Assembly (NCBI GenBank): GCA_964540555.1
Contig: CAZINF010000002.1
Coordinates: 1-60,811, forward strand
Reading direction: 5' to 3'
Source: an uncultured Syntrophus sp.
GTDB lineage: Bacteria > Desulfobacterota > Syntrophia > Syntrophales > UBA5619
Length of the DNA: 60,811 nucleotides
Part shown: piece after piece, positions 1 to 8,639 of the stretch
How the letters are laid out: every line of letters begins with the position of its first letter
Numbering within the stretch: position 1 is the stretch's first letter
Program-made: the position numbers and the translations under genes
Notes under the pieces: generated by a model
What the model was told of the DNA's origin: nothing
The model's input: only the letters and a program-made list of their open reading frames with translations
Database searches by the model: none

Positions 1-233
1 ACCGCTGCCCGGGGTGTCTCCGCCTGCGCGTGAGCCGGTCCGGATCAGACCGCCGACCGTGATCGAACCGCCGGTCCCCCGGAAGAGCATCACCGCCCGC
101 ACCTCGGAGGACACGAAGTATGCGGCGCCGACGGAGGTTTCGGAAAAGCCCATCGCGAATCACGATGATCCACTGCAGCGGCTAAAAAAAGTCTTCGAAA
201 CCCTGACCGACTGAAGGCGACCAGGAACGCGGC

Positions 234-1067
234 CTACTTCCTTCCCCCCAACTCCGCGGAGCGGTGTGTCGCGGCCTCCACGGCCGCGATCAGCGTCTCC
301 CGTAACCGACCCTCCCCCAGAACCTTGAGACCGGCGAGTGTCGTCCCGCCGGGCGAGGTCACCATCTCCCTGAGCTCGGCGGGGGGGTTCTCCCCCCGGA
401 GGCAGAGTTTTGCCGCCCCGAGGAGACTCTGGGCGGCGAGCTTCAGGGCCACATCACCGGCGAGTCCCATCCGGACGCCGCCGTCCACGAGCGCCTCGAT
501 GATGAAAAATGCGTAACCGGGACCGCTGCCGCTGAGTCCCGTCACGGCATCCATGAGAGATTCCTCCACCACAACAGCGATCCCGACGGCGGTGAAGATC
601 TGCCGCGCGAGTTCCAGATCCGCCTTGGTGGCAAAGGCGCCCGGCGCGAGGGCGGCCGCCCCCTCTCCGATAAGGGCGGGCAGGTTCGGCATGACCCGGA
701 CGACGCGGACCCCCTCCCCGAGGCGCTCCTCGATAAAGGCCGTGGAGATTCCGGCCGCGATGGAGATGAAAAGCGCCGACGACGCAGCCCCGGCGAGGTC
801 GGAAAGAACCTCCGCCATGTTTTGCGGTTTGACCGAGAGGATGATCAGATCGGCGCCCTGCACCGCTTCGCGGTTGTCGGCCGTAACACGGACGCCGTAA
901 GCCTTTGCAAGCTCTCCCAGCCGCTTTTCATCCGTATCCGCCACCGTCAGGGCTTCCGCCCCGACCATGCCTCCGGAGATCATCCCTTCAATAAGGCCGC
1001 CTCCCATCTTCCCGCCGCCGACGACGCCGATCCTTTTTCCTTCCAATATCCGATTCCCTTTCAACAT
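234..1067 (-). CDS. proC: pyrroline-5-carboxylate reductase
   Basis: 277-aa ORF. N-terminal Rossmann motif GVVGGGKMGG and C-terminal SPGGTTLAG signature are typical of ProC. Confidence 0.9.
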   Translation of the reverse strand: MLKGNRILEGKRIGVVGGGKMGGGLIEGMISGGMVGAEALTVADTDEKRLGELAKAYGVRVTADNREAVQGADLIILSVKPQNMAEVLSDLAGAASSALFISIAAGISTAFIEERLGEGVRVVRVMPNLPALIGEGAAALAPGAFATKADLELARQIFTAVGIAVVVEESLMDAVTGLSGSGPGYAFFIIEALVDGGVRMGLAGDVALKLAAQSLLGAAKLCLRGENPPAELREMVTSPGGTTLAGLKVLGEGRLRETLIAAVEAATHRSAELGGRK

Positions 1068-1254
1068 CCGATCCTCCCGCTTTTTTTCACAAGACCTGTT
1101 TGGGCAACTTGAAAATCAGATCCCCTCCGCGCGCTGAACATTTTTCGGTCGTCTCTTCTTCTACCTCATATCAGGGTATCCATTCAATCTTTAATTGTGC
1201 AACCGGACCGGATTGTGATAGATGTGGACATCATTAATAAAAGAGGGAGGGGAT

Positions 1255-2031
1255 ATGATCAATCTCCAGGGAATCGATGGGCGCAGAATCGCCTGCTGGG
1301 TCAATAATGGAAGCTTTCTTCCCGACCGCAAGACGCTGGTCTTTATCCACGGCTCCGGCGGCGACCATACAAACTGGATACAGCAGTACACCTTTCTGAA
1401 AAATGCATTTAACATCGCCGCTCTCGATCTGCCGGGTCACGGCCAGTCCGAAGGGCCGGGCGAGCGGAATGTCGCCGCCTATGTGGAATGGGTGAAGAAG
1501 ATCCTTGACGGCCTTAAGATCATCAATCCCGTCCTGATCGGCCACTCCCTCGGCGCCGCAATCGCTCTGAGTTTCGTCATCCGTTACGACGGGGCGGCTG
1601 CGGCCGTGGTCCCGGTGGCCGGGGGCCTGAAGATGCCCGTTAATCCGATGATACTGGAGGGACTCAAACAGGACCCCGCCTCCGTCGTCGGCATGGCCGC
1701 CAAGTTCTCAGTCGCAAAGCAGAATAGGGAAAAATTCTCCGCCCTTATCGCGGAAAGTCTCTTGAGGGTCAATCCCGAAATCCTCCATGGTGATTTTTCC
1801 GCCTGCGATGGTCTGGACATCACCGACGCCGTCGCGGGGATCCGGATTCCGGCGCTGGTCCTCTGCGGCGTGGAGGACAAGATGACACCGCCTGCCCTGT
1901 CGCGCTTCATCGGCGATCATATCCCCGGCGCCACGCTCACCCTGATCGAGGGGGCGGGACATTTTGTCATGATGGAGAATCCGGAAGCCTTCAACGCGGC
2001 CCTGACGGATTTCGTGAATTCGCTGCCGTAA
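1255..2031 (+). CDS. alpha/beta-fold hydrolase
   Basis: HGSGG oxyanion region and nucleophile elbow GHSLGA. Start moved to ATG 1255, which follows the strong RBS GAGGGAGGGG. Confidence 0.75.
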   Translation: MINLQGIDGRRIACWVNNGSFLPDRKTLVFIHGSGGDHTNWIQQYTFLKNAFNIAALDLPGHGQSEGPGERNVAAYVEWVKKILDGLKIINPVLIGHSLGAAIALSFVIRYDGAAAAVVPVAGGLKMPVNPMILEGLKQDPASVVGMAAKFSVAKQNREKFSALIAESLLRVNPEILHGDFSACDGLDITDAVAGIRIPALVLCGVEDKMTPPALSRFIGDHIPGATLTLIEGAGHFVMMENPEAFNAALTDFVNSLP

Positions 2032-2056
2032 ACCGAAAGAAAGGAACACAAAACCC

Positions 2057-2356
2057 ATGTTTGTACTGGGAAATTTCATCGCCGCAGTGGCCCGGATCGT
2101 CGATATCGCGCTGACCATCTACATGTGGATCATCGTGATCCGGGCGGTGCTCTCCTGGGTGAATCCCGATCCCTACAACCCGATCGTCCGCCTGCTCTAT
2201 CGGGTCACCGAACCGGTCATGTCCCTTGTCCGGCGCTGGATTCCGTTACGGGGGATGGGTATCGATTTTTCACCCGTGATCATCCTGCTCGCGATCGTCT
2301 TTCTCCAAAGTTTTCTCGTGCCGAGCCTGATGCAGCTTGCTTATTCTCTCAGGTGA
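2057..2356 (+). CDS. yggT: YggT family membrane protein
   Basis: 99-aa two-TM protein with the YggT-like pattern IVIRAVLSWVNPDPYNP. Confidence 0.85.
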   Translation: MFVLGNFIAAVARIVDIALTIYMWIIVIRAVLSWVNPDPYNPIVRLLYRVTEPVMSLVRRWIPLRGMGIDFSPVIILLAIVFLQSFLVPSLMQLAYSLR

Positions 2357-2433
2357 CCGGGATGGCCGCATCGCCGATACCTTCCCAAGTCATAACGGAG
2401 ATCGGGAAGTGAGAAAATGCACGTGAACGCAGA

Positions 2434-4062
2434 ATGGGTATTCTTTACGAAACCGTCAGAGGCCCTCTGATGGAAGAGGAAAGCCGTTCCGAAAACACGC
2501 GGGTTGTCCGGGCGGCCGGAGCCGTGGGGATCGCCACAATGATCTCCCGCATCTTCGGCTTCATCCGGGATATGGTCGTGGCCGGCCTCTTTGGGGCAGG
2601 ACTGACAACCGACGCCTTCTTCGTCGCTTTCAGGATCCCGAACCTCCTCCGGCGTCTCCTCGCCGAAGGGTCGTTGACCGTCTCCTTCGTCCCCGTCTTC
2701 ACCGAATACCTGCGGAATAAAACCCGTGAGGAAGCCCTGGAACTGGCGAACATCACCTTCACGGCCCTGTCGATCATCCTTGTCTTTGTCTCGCTTATGG
2801 GGGTCGCCTTCTCCCCGTTCATCGTGACGATCATGGCGCCCGGTTTTGTCAAGACCCCCTCCCAGTATGACCTCGCCGTCTTCCTTACACGGTTCATGTT
2901 CCCTTACATTTTTCTCATCTCGCTTGTCGCCCTCTGTATGGGGATCCTCAATTCGCTCAGGCATTTCGCCGCCCCAGCCCTCTCGCCCGTCGTACTCAAC
3001 ATCGCGATGATCCTCGCCGCCCTGACGCTTAGAGACCTCTTTGAGGAGCCGATTGTCGCCCTGGCCGCGGGCGTCATGGCGGGAGGCGTTCTCCAGCTTG
3101 CCATGCAGTGGCCCTTCCTTGTCAAAATGGGGGTCCGGCTGAAGCCCGATTTCCGGTTCCGCCACCCCGGGGTGAAGCGGATCGGCCTGCTGATGCTTCC
3201 TGCCGCCTTCGGGGCGGCGATCTACCAGATCAACATCTTTGTCGGAACGATATTGGCGTCTCTGCTGTCCCCGGGGAGCGTCTCCTACCTTTACTACGCC
3301 GACCGGATCGTCGAACTTCCCCTCGGTGTCTTCGCCATCGCCGTGGGAACGGCGTCGCTTCCCAGTTTTTCAGAACAGGTCGCCCTCGGAAAGACCGAGG
3401 AACTCAAGCGGACGACAGCCTTCTCGCTCAGGCTGATTCTCTTTGTCACGATCCCGGCGACCGTCGCCATGATCATGCTCAGAAGCCCGATCATCTCGGT
3501 CCTTTTCCAGCGGGGCGAGTTCGACGTCCAGGCGACGACGCACACGGCACAAGCGCTTCTTTTTTACGCCGTCGGCCTCTGGGCCTTTTCCGTCATCCGG
3601 ATTGTCGTCGCCGTCTTCTATGCGCTGCAAGACACCCGCACCCCCATGAAGGCCGCCATCGTCGCCCTGATCGTCAACGCCGGCTTCAGCGTCGCCCTGA
3701 TGTTCCCTCTGAAACACGGAGGAATTGCTCTCGCCACGTCCATCGCCTCGGCCGTGAACGTCGGAATACTCTGGGTGATCCTGAATCGGCGCATCGGAAA
3801 CATCCTGGATGCGGAATTTTATCGTTCATTCGGCAAGACCGTATTTGCATCGCTGGTCATGGGGGGAATGATCCTCGTCGTCGAGACGATCACCCCCTGG
3901 CAACCCTCCGGGCCGTTCGATGCGAGGCTGATCTATCTTGTCCTGTGCGTCACCGGGGGAGCCGCGGTCTTCTTCACGACCGCCTTCCTCCTGAAGAGCC
4001 CGGAGATCGAAATCATGTTGAGGTCCGTCCGCCGGCGGATCGCACCCGTGAATCATCCTTGA
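2434..4062 (+). CDS. murJ: lipid II flippase MurJ (MviN)
   Basis: 542-aa polytopic ORF with the MurJ N-terminal signature SRIFGFIRDMVVAGLFGAG..TDAFFVAFRIPNLLRRL. An alternative start at 2470 is possible. Confidence 0.9.
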   Translation: MGILYETVRGPLMEEESRSENTRVVRAAGAVGIATMISRIFGFIRDMVVAGLFGAGLTTDAFFVAFRIPNLLRRLLAEGSLTVSFVPVFTEYLRNKTREEALELANITFTALSIILVFVSLMGVAFSPFIVTIMAPGFVKTPSQYDLAVFLTRFMFPYIFLISLVALCMGILNSLRHFAAPALSPVVLNIAMILAALTLRDLFEEPIVALAAGVMAGGVLQLAMQWPFLVKMGVRLKPDFRFRHPGVKRIGLLMLPAAFGAAIYQINIFVGTILASLLSPGSVSYLYYADRIVELPLGVFAIAVGTASLPSFSEQVALGKTEELKRTTAFSLRLILFVTIPATVAMIMLRSPIISVLFQRGEFDVQATTHTAQALLFYAVGLWAFSVIRIVVAVFYALQDTRTPMKAAIVALIVNAGFSVALMFPLKHGGIALATSIASAVNVGILWVILNRRIGNILDAEFYRSFGKTVFASLVMGGMILVVETITPWQPSGPFDARLIYLVLCVTGGAAVFFTTAFLLKSPEIEIMLRSVRRRIAPVNHP

Positions 4063-4105
4063 CCGGGAGCGCAACCCGTAAGCTCCGCCTTGTAAGTGGG
4101 GACAC

Positions 4106-4139
4106 GGGAAGCCCCGCCCTGTAGGCGGAGAGCTTCACA
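4106..4139 (-). repeat. REP-like GC-rich palindromic element, copy A (inverted orientation)
   Basis: gggaagccccgccctgtaggcggagagcttcaca is the reverse complement of the tgtgaagctccccgcccacagggcggggcttccc family. Lies in the murJ/SRAP intergenic region. Confidence 0.8.
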
Positions 4140-4152
4140 AAATGGAGGAACC

Positions 4153-4827
4153 ATGTGCGGCCGTTTTGTCCTGCTAACCGATTTGTCCGTTATTGTTGAG
4201 TCGTTCGGCATTGAGGAGATGGCCTGCCGGTATAGAACGGGCAATACCCTCTCACCCGGTCAGTATATTGCGGCCGTCATTCATGATGATAAAACACGGC
4301 TTGTCGACACCCGCTGGGGGCTTATCCCATCGTGGGCCAAGGACCCATCGATCGGATATAGAATGTTCAATGCCCGCGCCGAGACCATAGCCGAAAAACC
4401 AAGTTTCAAGAAGGCTTTTCAAAACCGCCGCTGCCTGATCCCCGCCGATGGATTTTACGAATGGCAAAAAATAGGAACGGTAAAAAAACCTTTTTATTTT
4501 TCCCTTAAGTCAGGGCAGCCGTTCGGCTTTGCCGGACTCTATGAAACCTGGATGTCACCGGAGAGAGAACCGATCAACACCTGTACGATCATAACGACCC
4601 AGCCCAATGAACTGGTTCGATCCATCCATGACAGAATGCCGGTCATCGTGCCGAAAGACAAGGAGAGACCATGGATCGATCCTCTCAATCGCAACCGGGA
4701 AATGCTGCTGTCCCTGTTAAAACCCTATCCGCCGGATGAGATGTCGATGTTCGAGGTGGATGCGAAAGCACTCTACGTGCCGAAAGCTGCCAACAGCATG
4801 TTGTTCGATTCGGGTCCCATAAGATGA
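4153..4827 (+). CDS. SOS-response-associated peptidase (SRAP/YedK family, abasic-site processing)
   Basis: Starts MCGRF (catalytic Cys2) behind a GGAGG RBS, with SRAP-like blocks through the ORF. Start trimmed from 4096. Confidence 0.85.
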   Translation: MCGRFVLLTDLSVIVESFGIEEMACRYRTGNTLSPGQYIAAVIHDDKTRLVDTRWGLIPSWAKDPSIGYRMFNARAETIAEKPSFKKAFQNRRCLIPADGFYEWQKIGTVKKPFYFSLKSGQPFGFAGLYETWMSPEREPINTCTIITTQPNELVRSIHDRMPVIVPKDKERPWIDPLNRNREMLLSLLKPYPPDEMSMFEVDAKALYVPKAANSMLFDSGPIR

Positions 4828-4841
4828 GGTTTAGACGAGTT

Positions 4842-4878
4842 TGTGAAGCTCCTCGCCCACGGGGCGGGGTTGCCTGGG
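4842..4878 (+). repeat. REP-like palindromic element, copy B
   Basis: tgtgaagctcctcgcccacggggcggggttgcctggg, located 15 nt after the SRAP stop. Confidence 0.8.
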
Positions 4879-4928
4879 TTTACCAAAGACTTTCAACATA
4901 TTGATAGTTTAAGAAAAAATGTCGAAAA

Positions 4929-5339
4929 TTAGAAACCGGTATGCTGCCCCTTCATCCACTTTGCGGCGTCTTCCGGCAGGACTTCCCCGTTCGAGGCTGC
5001 CCGGGCGTACGTTTTGGCTTGATTGATTTCTTTCTCCGTCACAATCCGTTCCAGGACCGCATCGAAAAGAGGATTGAATCGGTCGTTCATTAACCGGAAC
5101 AGACCTGATTTTTCTTTCAGTGCGATCTTGTAGAAACGGATGCACCCGTAACAGGCCGGTGTTCGCACGTCATATTCCGAATGGTTGACACGGTAGGTCC
5201 AGGAGAGGAATCGCATTCCCAGTTTTAGAGGCTCGCGAAACAGCCGGAACCACGGAGCGCGGCAGTAAGCGATGGCAACCAGCTTGAGCGTGCAGGTGTT
5301 GCATACCGCACTCTTCTTGACGTTGGGATCGGTTGTCAT
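4929..5339 (-). CDS. hypothetical Cys-containing protein
   Basis: 136-aa ORF with plausible coding composition, 17 nt from the TauE gene on the same strand. No family recognised. Confidence 0.45.
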   Translation of the reverse strand: MTTDPNVKKSAVCNTCTLKLVAIAYCRAPWFRLFREPLKLGMRFLSWTYRVNHSEYDVRTPACYGCIRFYKIALKEKSGLFRLMNDRFNPLFDAVLERIVTEKEINQAKTYARAASNGEVLPEDAAKWMKGQHTGF

Positions 5340-5355
5340 ATTCTGCCCCAGGGGA

Positions 5356-6138
5356 TTACAACAGTCCGATAGTCATACCTAATCCGATCGTCACCAGCAT
5401 AATCCCGACGATGATCTGAACCGTGTGAAGCGTGATTTTTTTGATCAGTCGCGTTCCAAGGAAGGTCCCTAAAAAAGCCGCCAGTGTCGCCGCCAGCACC
5501 AGCTCCCAGATGCCGCCCAAATCGGCAAACTGGGAAGTGTAAAAGCTTAAGCCGTACACCAGCATGCGGGCGACATCTACAATCACGGCCGACACGGTTC
5601 CGGTTCCGATAAACGCTTCTTTCCCCAATCCGGCCTTGATCAGAAATGCCGATCTCAACGCGCCCTGGTTTCCTGAGAGCCCGCCGAAGAAACCGGAGAG
5701 GAGACCGCCCAGCGGCAGGTATTTGCGGTCGAAGGCAAGCTTGCTGAAGCTCGGCAACAGTTCAAAGAGCGAGAATCCGACGATCAGAAGGCCGATCAGC
5801 AGTTTGATGACGGTGATGTCGTGCTCCTGGCCGCCAAAGCGATAGGAGTACAATGGTGATATACTGGCAAAAAAGCCCAGGAGCGTCGCGCCGATCAATG
5901 CGGCAATCGCACCGGGAATGGCGAAGCGCGCCACGACCCCCCAATCGGCATTCCTGCCCACGAGGAAGACCTTGAAGACGTTGTTTGCCAGGTGCACCGC
6001 GGCTGTTGCCGCAACAGCCGCGGGTAAAGGGAAGAACAGGGCAAAGGCCGGCATGAGCACGGTGCCCAGCCCGAAACCGGAGAACAGGGTCATGGCCGAG
6101 ACCAGCCCTGCTACCAAACACACAACAAGATAGTCCAT
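5356..6138 (-). CDS. TauE/SafE (TSUP) family sulfite/anion exporter
   Basis: 260-aa membrane protein with about 8 TM segments, Gly-rich helices and duplicated 4-TM architecture typical of DUF81/TauE. Confidence 0.85.
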   Translation of the reverse strand: MDYLVVCLVAGLVSAMTLFSGFGLGTVLMPAFALFFPLPAAVAATAAVHLANNVFKVFLVGRNADWGVVARFAIPGAIAALIGATLLGFFASISPLYSYRFGGQEHDITVIKLLIGLLIVGFSLFELLPSFSKLAFDRKYLPLGGLLSGFFGGLSGNQGALRSAFLIKAGLGKEAFIGTGTVSAVIVDVARMLVYGLSFYTSQFADLGGIWELVLAATLAAFLGTFLGTRLIKKITLHTVQIIVGIMLVTIGLGMTIGLL

Positions 6139-6395
6139 TTTTCACCTCACAATCGGATGAAGCTCAAGAAGAAGTTCCGTGATATAATATCGACATTCGT
6201 TATCGACTTGCGATAATGATAATTACAGCCAAGGGGTTTGTCAATAATTTATTTTGGATTTAAATCGATGAACCTCGTCGAAATTGGCTGCTTGTGGTAT
6301 CTGACCATAGGTGGCATTTCAGGTTTTCCCTTCACTTCGGGGGACTCAAAATCTCCGTCCGCAAGGGCATGTCGAAATAAAAGAGCCATAAAAAA

Positions 6396-6417
6396 GGGGA
6401 GCAAAAGCTCCCCTTTT
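6396..6417 (-). terminator. intrinsic terminator (bidirectional design) after the octahaem cytochrome gene
   Basis: GGGGAGC-aaaa-GCTCCCC stem-loop flanked by an A5 run and a T4 run, 28 nt past the stop at 6445. Confidence 0.6.
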
Positions 6418-6444
6418 GGTCTCAGGCAATGATCTTTTTATGGA

Positions 6445-7539
6445 TCATTTGCCCAACCGGTGGATACCTTTGGCATACTGGGCCGCCCAGGCTGCATTCC
6501 GGTCGGAATGGCAGTTCAGGCAGGCGAAGCCCAGCGTGATGTATCCTTTGAAATTCTTCTTGTCCGCAGTCAGCTGGGGCGCCGCCGGGTCAAGGTTAAT
6601 CTTGAAGAGGTGGGTGGCCAGATCGCCCTTCATAAAGCCGCGCTGGATCGCCGTCTCGCCCATGTCCGGCATGTGACAGCTTGTGCACTTCACGTTCGCC
6701 TTCTGGTGCTTGCTGTCTTTGTAACCGGCAACCTGCTTGGAATGGCAGGATTGGCAGGTGGCCTTCATCTCCAGCTTCGCCCGTTTGTGGGGATCGTGAC
6801 AGCCAACACAGGTCATACTTTTATGGGGACCCTGGAGAAGCTCCTGGTACTGCTCCCGATGATCCGCAAAACCCGACGGCTTGGCGGGAATGACGCTCAT
6901 GTCGTTCCCGCGACGGTGACAGGTGGCGCAGGCGGTAGCAGCCTTATCCACCTTGATGTTGGCCTTGCCGGGACTGGCTGCATGGGCGGATCCGGGACCG
7001 TGGCAGGCCTCGCACTGAATGCCGTTGAAGGCCCAGGTCCCGATCAGGCCGGGCTTGCCAAGCTGGTTGCCTTCCTTTTTGTATCCCGTCGTGTGGCAGG
7101 AACCGCAATCGTATGGCGCCTTCTGGCCGGGATTCCAATTTACAAACTCTTCCGTCTCGATGTTGAACTGGTTCTTTCCTTTGATCTTGCCGTCAGGGCT
7201 CTCTGTGATGATGAATCCCTGCTGATCAATATACCTCGCTTTCCATTTGAATCCGCCTATCACGTATAGGATATCGTCCCAGGATTTGACGTAGCCGGGT
7301 TTCGGAATGCCCGCTTCCCGGGCCTCCTTGGCCGTCCTCAACTTGGCCGGGTGACCGGTGGCGCGCCAGTTGTCAAACACGTCGGCATGGCAGGCGGCGC
7401 ATTTGTCCGCGCCGACAAAGGTCGCCTGCGCAGCCGCCGGAGTTGCCTGAATCATACCGGACAACCACAAACCTAGGAGCGCGACCGCAAAGAAAACCGT
7501 TTCACACCTCCTCCGCATCCTGAATCTTTTCTTAATCAT
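6445..7539 (-). CDS. secreted octahaem c-type cytochrome
   Basis: Signal peptide plus eight CxxCH motifs: CAACH, CGSCH, CEACH, CATCH, CVGCH, CQSCH, CTSCH, CLNCH. Confidence 0.85.
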   Translation of the reverse strand: MIKKRFRMRRRCETVFFAVALLGLWLSGMIQATPAAAQATFVGADKCAACHADVFDNWRATGHPAKLRTAKEAREAGIPKPGYVKSWDDILYVIGGFKWKARYIDQQGFIITESPDGKIKGKNQFNIETEEFVNWNPGQKAPYDCGSCHTTGYKKEGNQLGKPGLIGTWAFNGIQCEACHGPGSAHAASPGKANIKVDKAATACATCHRRGNDMSVIPAKPSGFADHREQYQELLQGPHKSMTCVGCHDPHKRAKLEMKATCQSCHSKQVAGYKDSKHQKANVKCTSCHMPDMGETAIQRGFMKGDLATHLFKINLDPAAPQLTADKKNFKGYITLGFACLNCHSDRNAAWAAQYAKGIHRLGK

Positions 7540-7861
7540 AAGTACTTCCCCCTTACAAATGAAATGAAATCGATAAATCTCAGAAAGCCGCGAAACCTTT
7601 ATCGGATAAGGATATCAAAGGCTCTCAATGCAACTCATTGGAACGGTAATGATACCTATGAGACCTTTCTCTCTTTTGGGGCCATGTATATTCATTATGG
7701 ACATGCGTTTTAGAAAATATAGGTTTCACAAATCCATTTATGCCTGAATAGGACAACTACACAATAGAAAACTTATTCACAGGTTTGCATTTCATGTGAA
7801 CAGTTCTTCACAGGCGGGATATCCGGAATGGCCGGACAGGAAACGGCAGTTCATGGCAACA

Positions 7862-7905
7862 TGTGAAGCTCCCCGCCCACAGGGCGGGGCTTCCCGGTAA
7901 GGAAG
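7862..7905 (+). repeat. REP-like palindromic element, copy C (fullest copy)
   Basis: tgtgaagctccccgcccacagggcggggcttcccggtaaggaag. The stem is ccccgccc/gggcgggg. Confidence 0.85.
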
Positions 7906-7932
7906 TGTTCCTTTTTTCGATGCGCCCCTCAA

Positions 7933-7959
7933 CCCCGCCCACAGGGCGGGGCTTGCGGG
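7933..7959 (+). repeat. REP-like palindromic element, copy D (core only)
   Basis: ccccgcccacagggcggggcttgcggg, in tandem 28 nt after copy C. Confidence 0.75.
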
Positions 7960-7979
7960 ATGCGCTCCCGGTCAAAAGA

Positions 7980-8639
7980 TTAGCCCTTGCGCAGGGGATG
8001 GTTACTTTCCAACATTTCGAGACAGTCGATAGTCTTTGTCCCTTCTTTGGCGAGGGAATAAGATTTGTCCGTGTCCTGTTCTATGATTCCGGCTTCTTTT
8101 AAAAGCTTTAAATGAAAAACCACTTTCGTGTGGTCATCGATCCCCAACTCGCGGGTAATTTCCATCAGACGCATATTTCCTCTGACGTGCAGCAGTTTGA
8201 TGATGTTTCTCCGGATGGGGTTGGCCAGAGAGCTCAGTGTACGATCGAAGTCCAGATTATTCACGCACGCCTCGAATTTCGCCTCCTCAAGCACGCGCCG
8301 TATGGTCGTCAGGAGAGTTTCGATCTTAAAGGGTTTGGAAATGTAATCGCTCGCCCCCCTTTTCATCGCATCAACCGCGTTCTCGACAGTGGCGAATGCG
8401 GTGATCATGATCACCTTTGCTTTTGGTCGCACTCTTCTCAGCGTAAGGAGCGAGTCGATGCCGTTGATTTTCGGCATCATGAAATCAAGGAGGATGATGT
8501 CAAATTCCCCGGCTTCACTCCCGGCAATCGCCTCTTTGGCCGACGCCGCGCTCTCGGTCTGATACCCCGCTCCCGTCAATACCTCGGTGAGATTCAACCT
8601 GAATTCTGCATCATCGTCCACAATCAGTATCTTTTTCAT
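7980..8639 (-). CDS. response regulator with REC domain and ArsR-type winged-helix output
   Basis: MKKILIVDDD..DIILLDFMMP..KPF receiver domain. The C-terminal half (LANPIRRNIIKLL...MRLMEITRELGI..VVFHLKLLKEAGII) looks like an ArsR/SmtB HTH. Confidence 0.85.
   Translation of the reverse strand: MKKILIVDDDAEFRLNLTEVLTGAGYQTESAASAKEAIAGSEAGEFDIILLDFMMPKINGIDSLLTLRRVRPKAKVIMITAFATVENAVDAMKRGASDYISKPFKIETLLTTIRRVLEEAKFEACVNNLDFDRTLSSLANPIRRNIIKLLHVRGNMRLMEITRELGIDDHTKVVFHLKLLKEAGIIEQDTDKSYSLAKEGTKTIDCLEMLESNHPLRKG

Noticed and set aside
1-214. Possible partial gene at the 5' edge: either the plus-strand Pro-rich ORF ending at 214, or a minus-strand ORF starting at ATG 153 (MGFSETSVGAAYF...) and running off the window.
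   Set aside because: The two frames share the same wobble positions and have equal purine bias at codon position 1. Neither has a convincing RBS or a recognisable motif, so I cannot decide strand or reality.
7863-8102. 79-aa ORF (MKLPAHRAGLPGKE...).
   Set aside because: Its first half is simply the translation of REP copies C and D, and its second half overlaps the 3' end of the response-regulator gene on the opposite strand.
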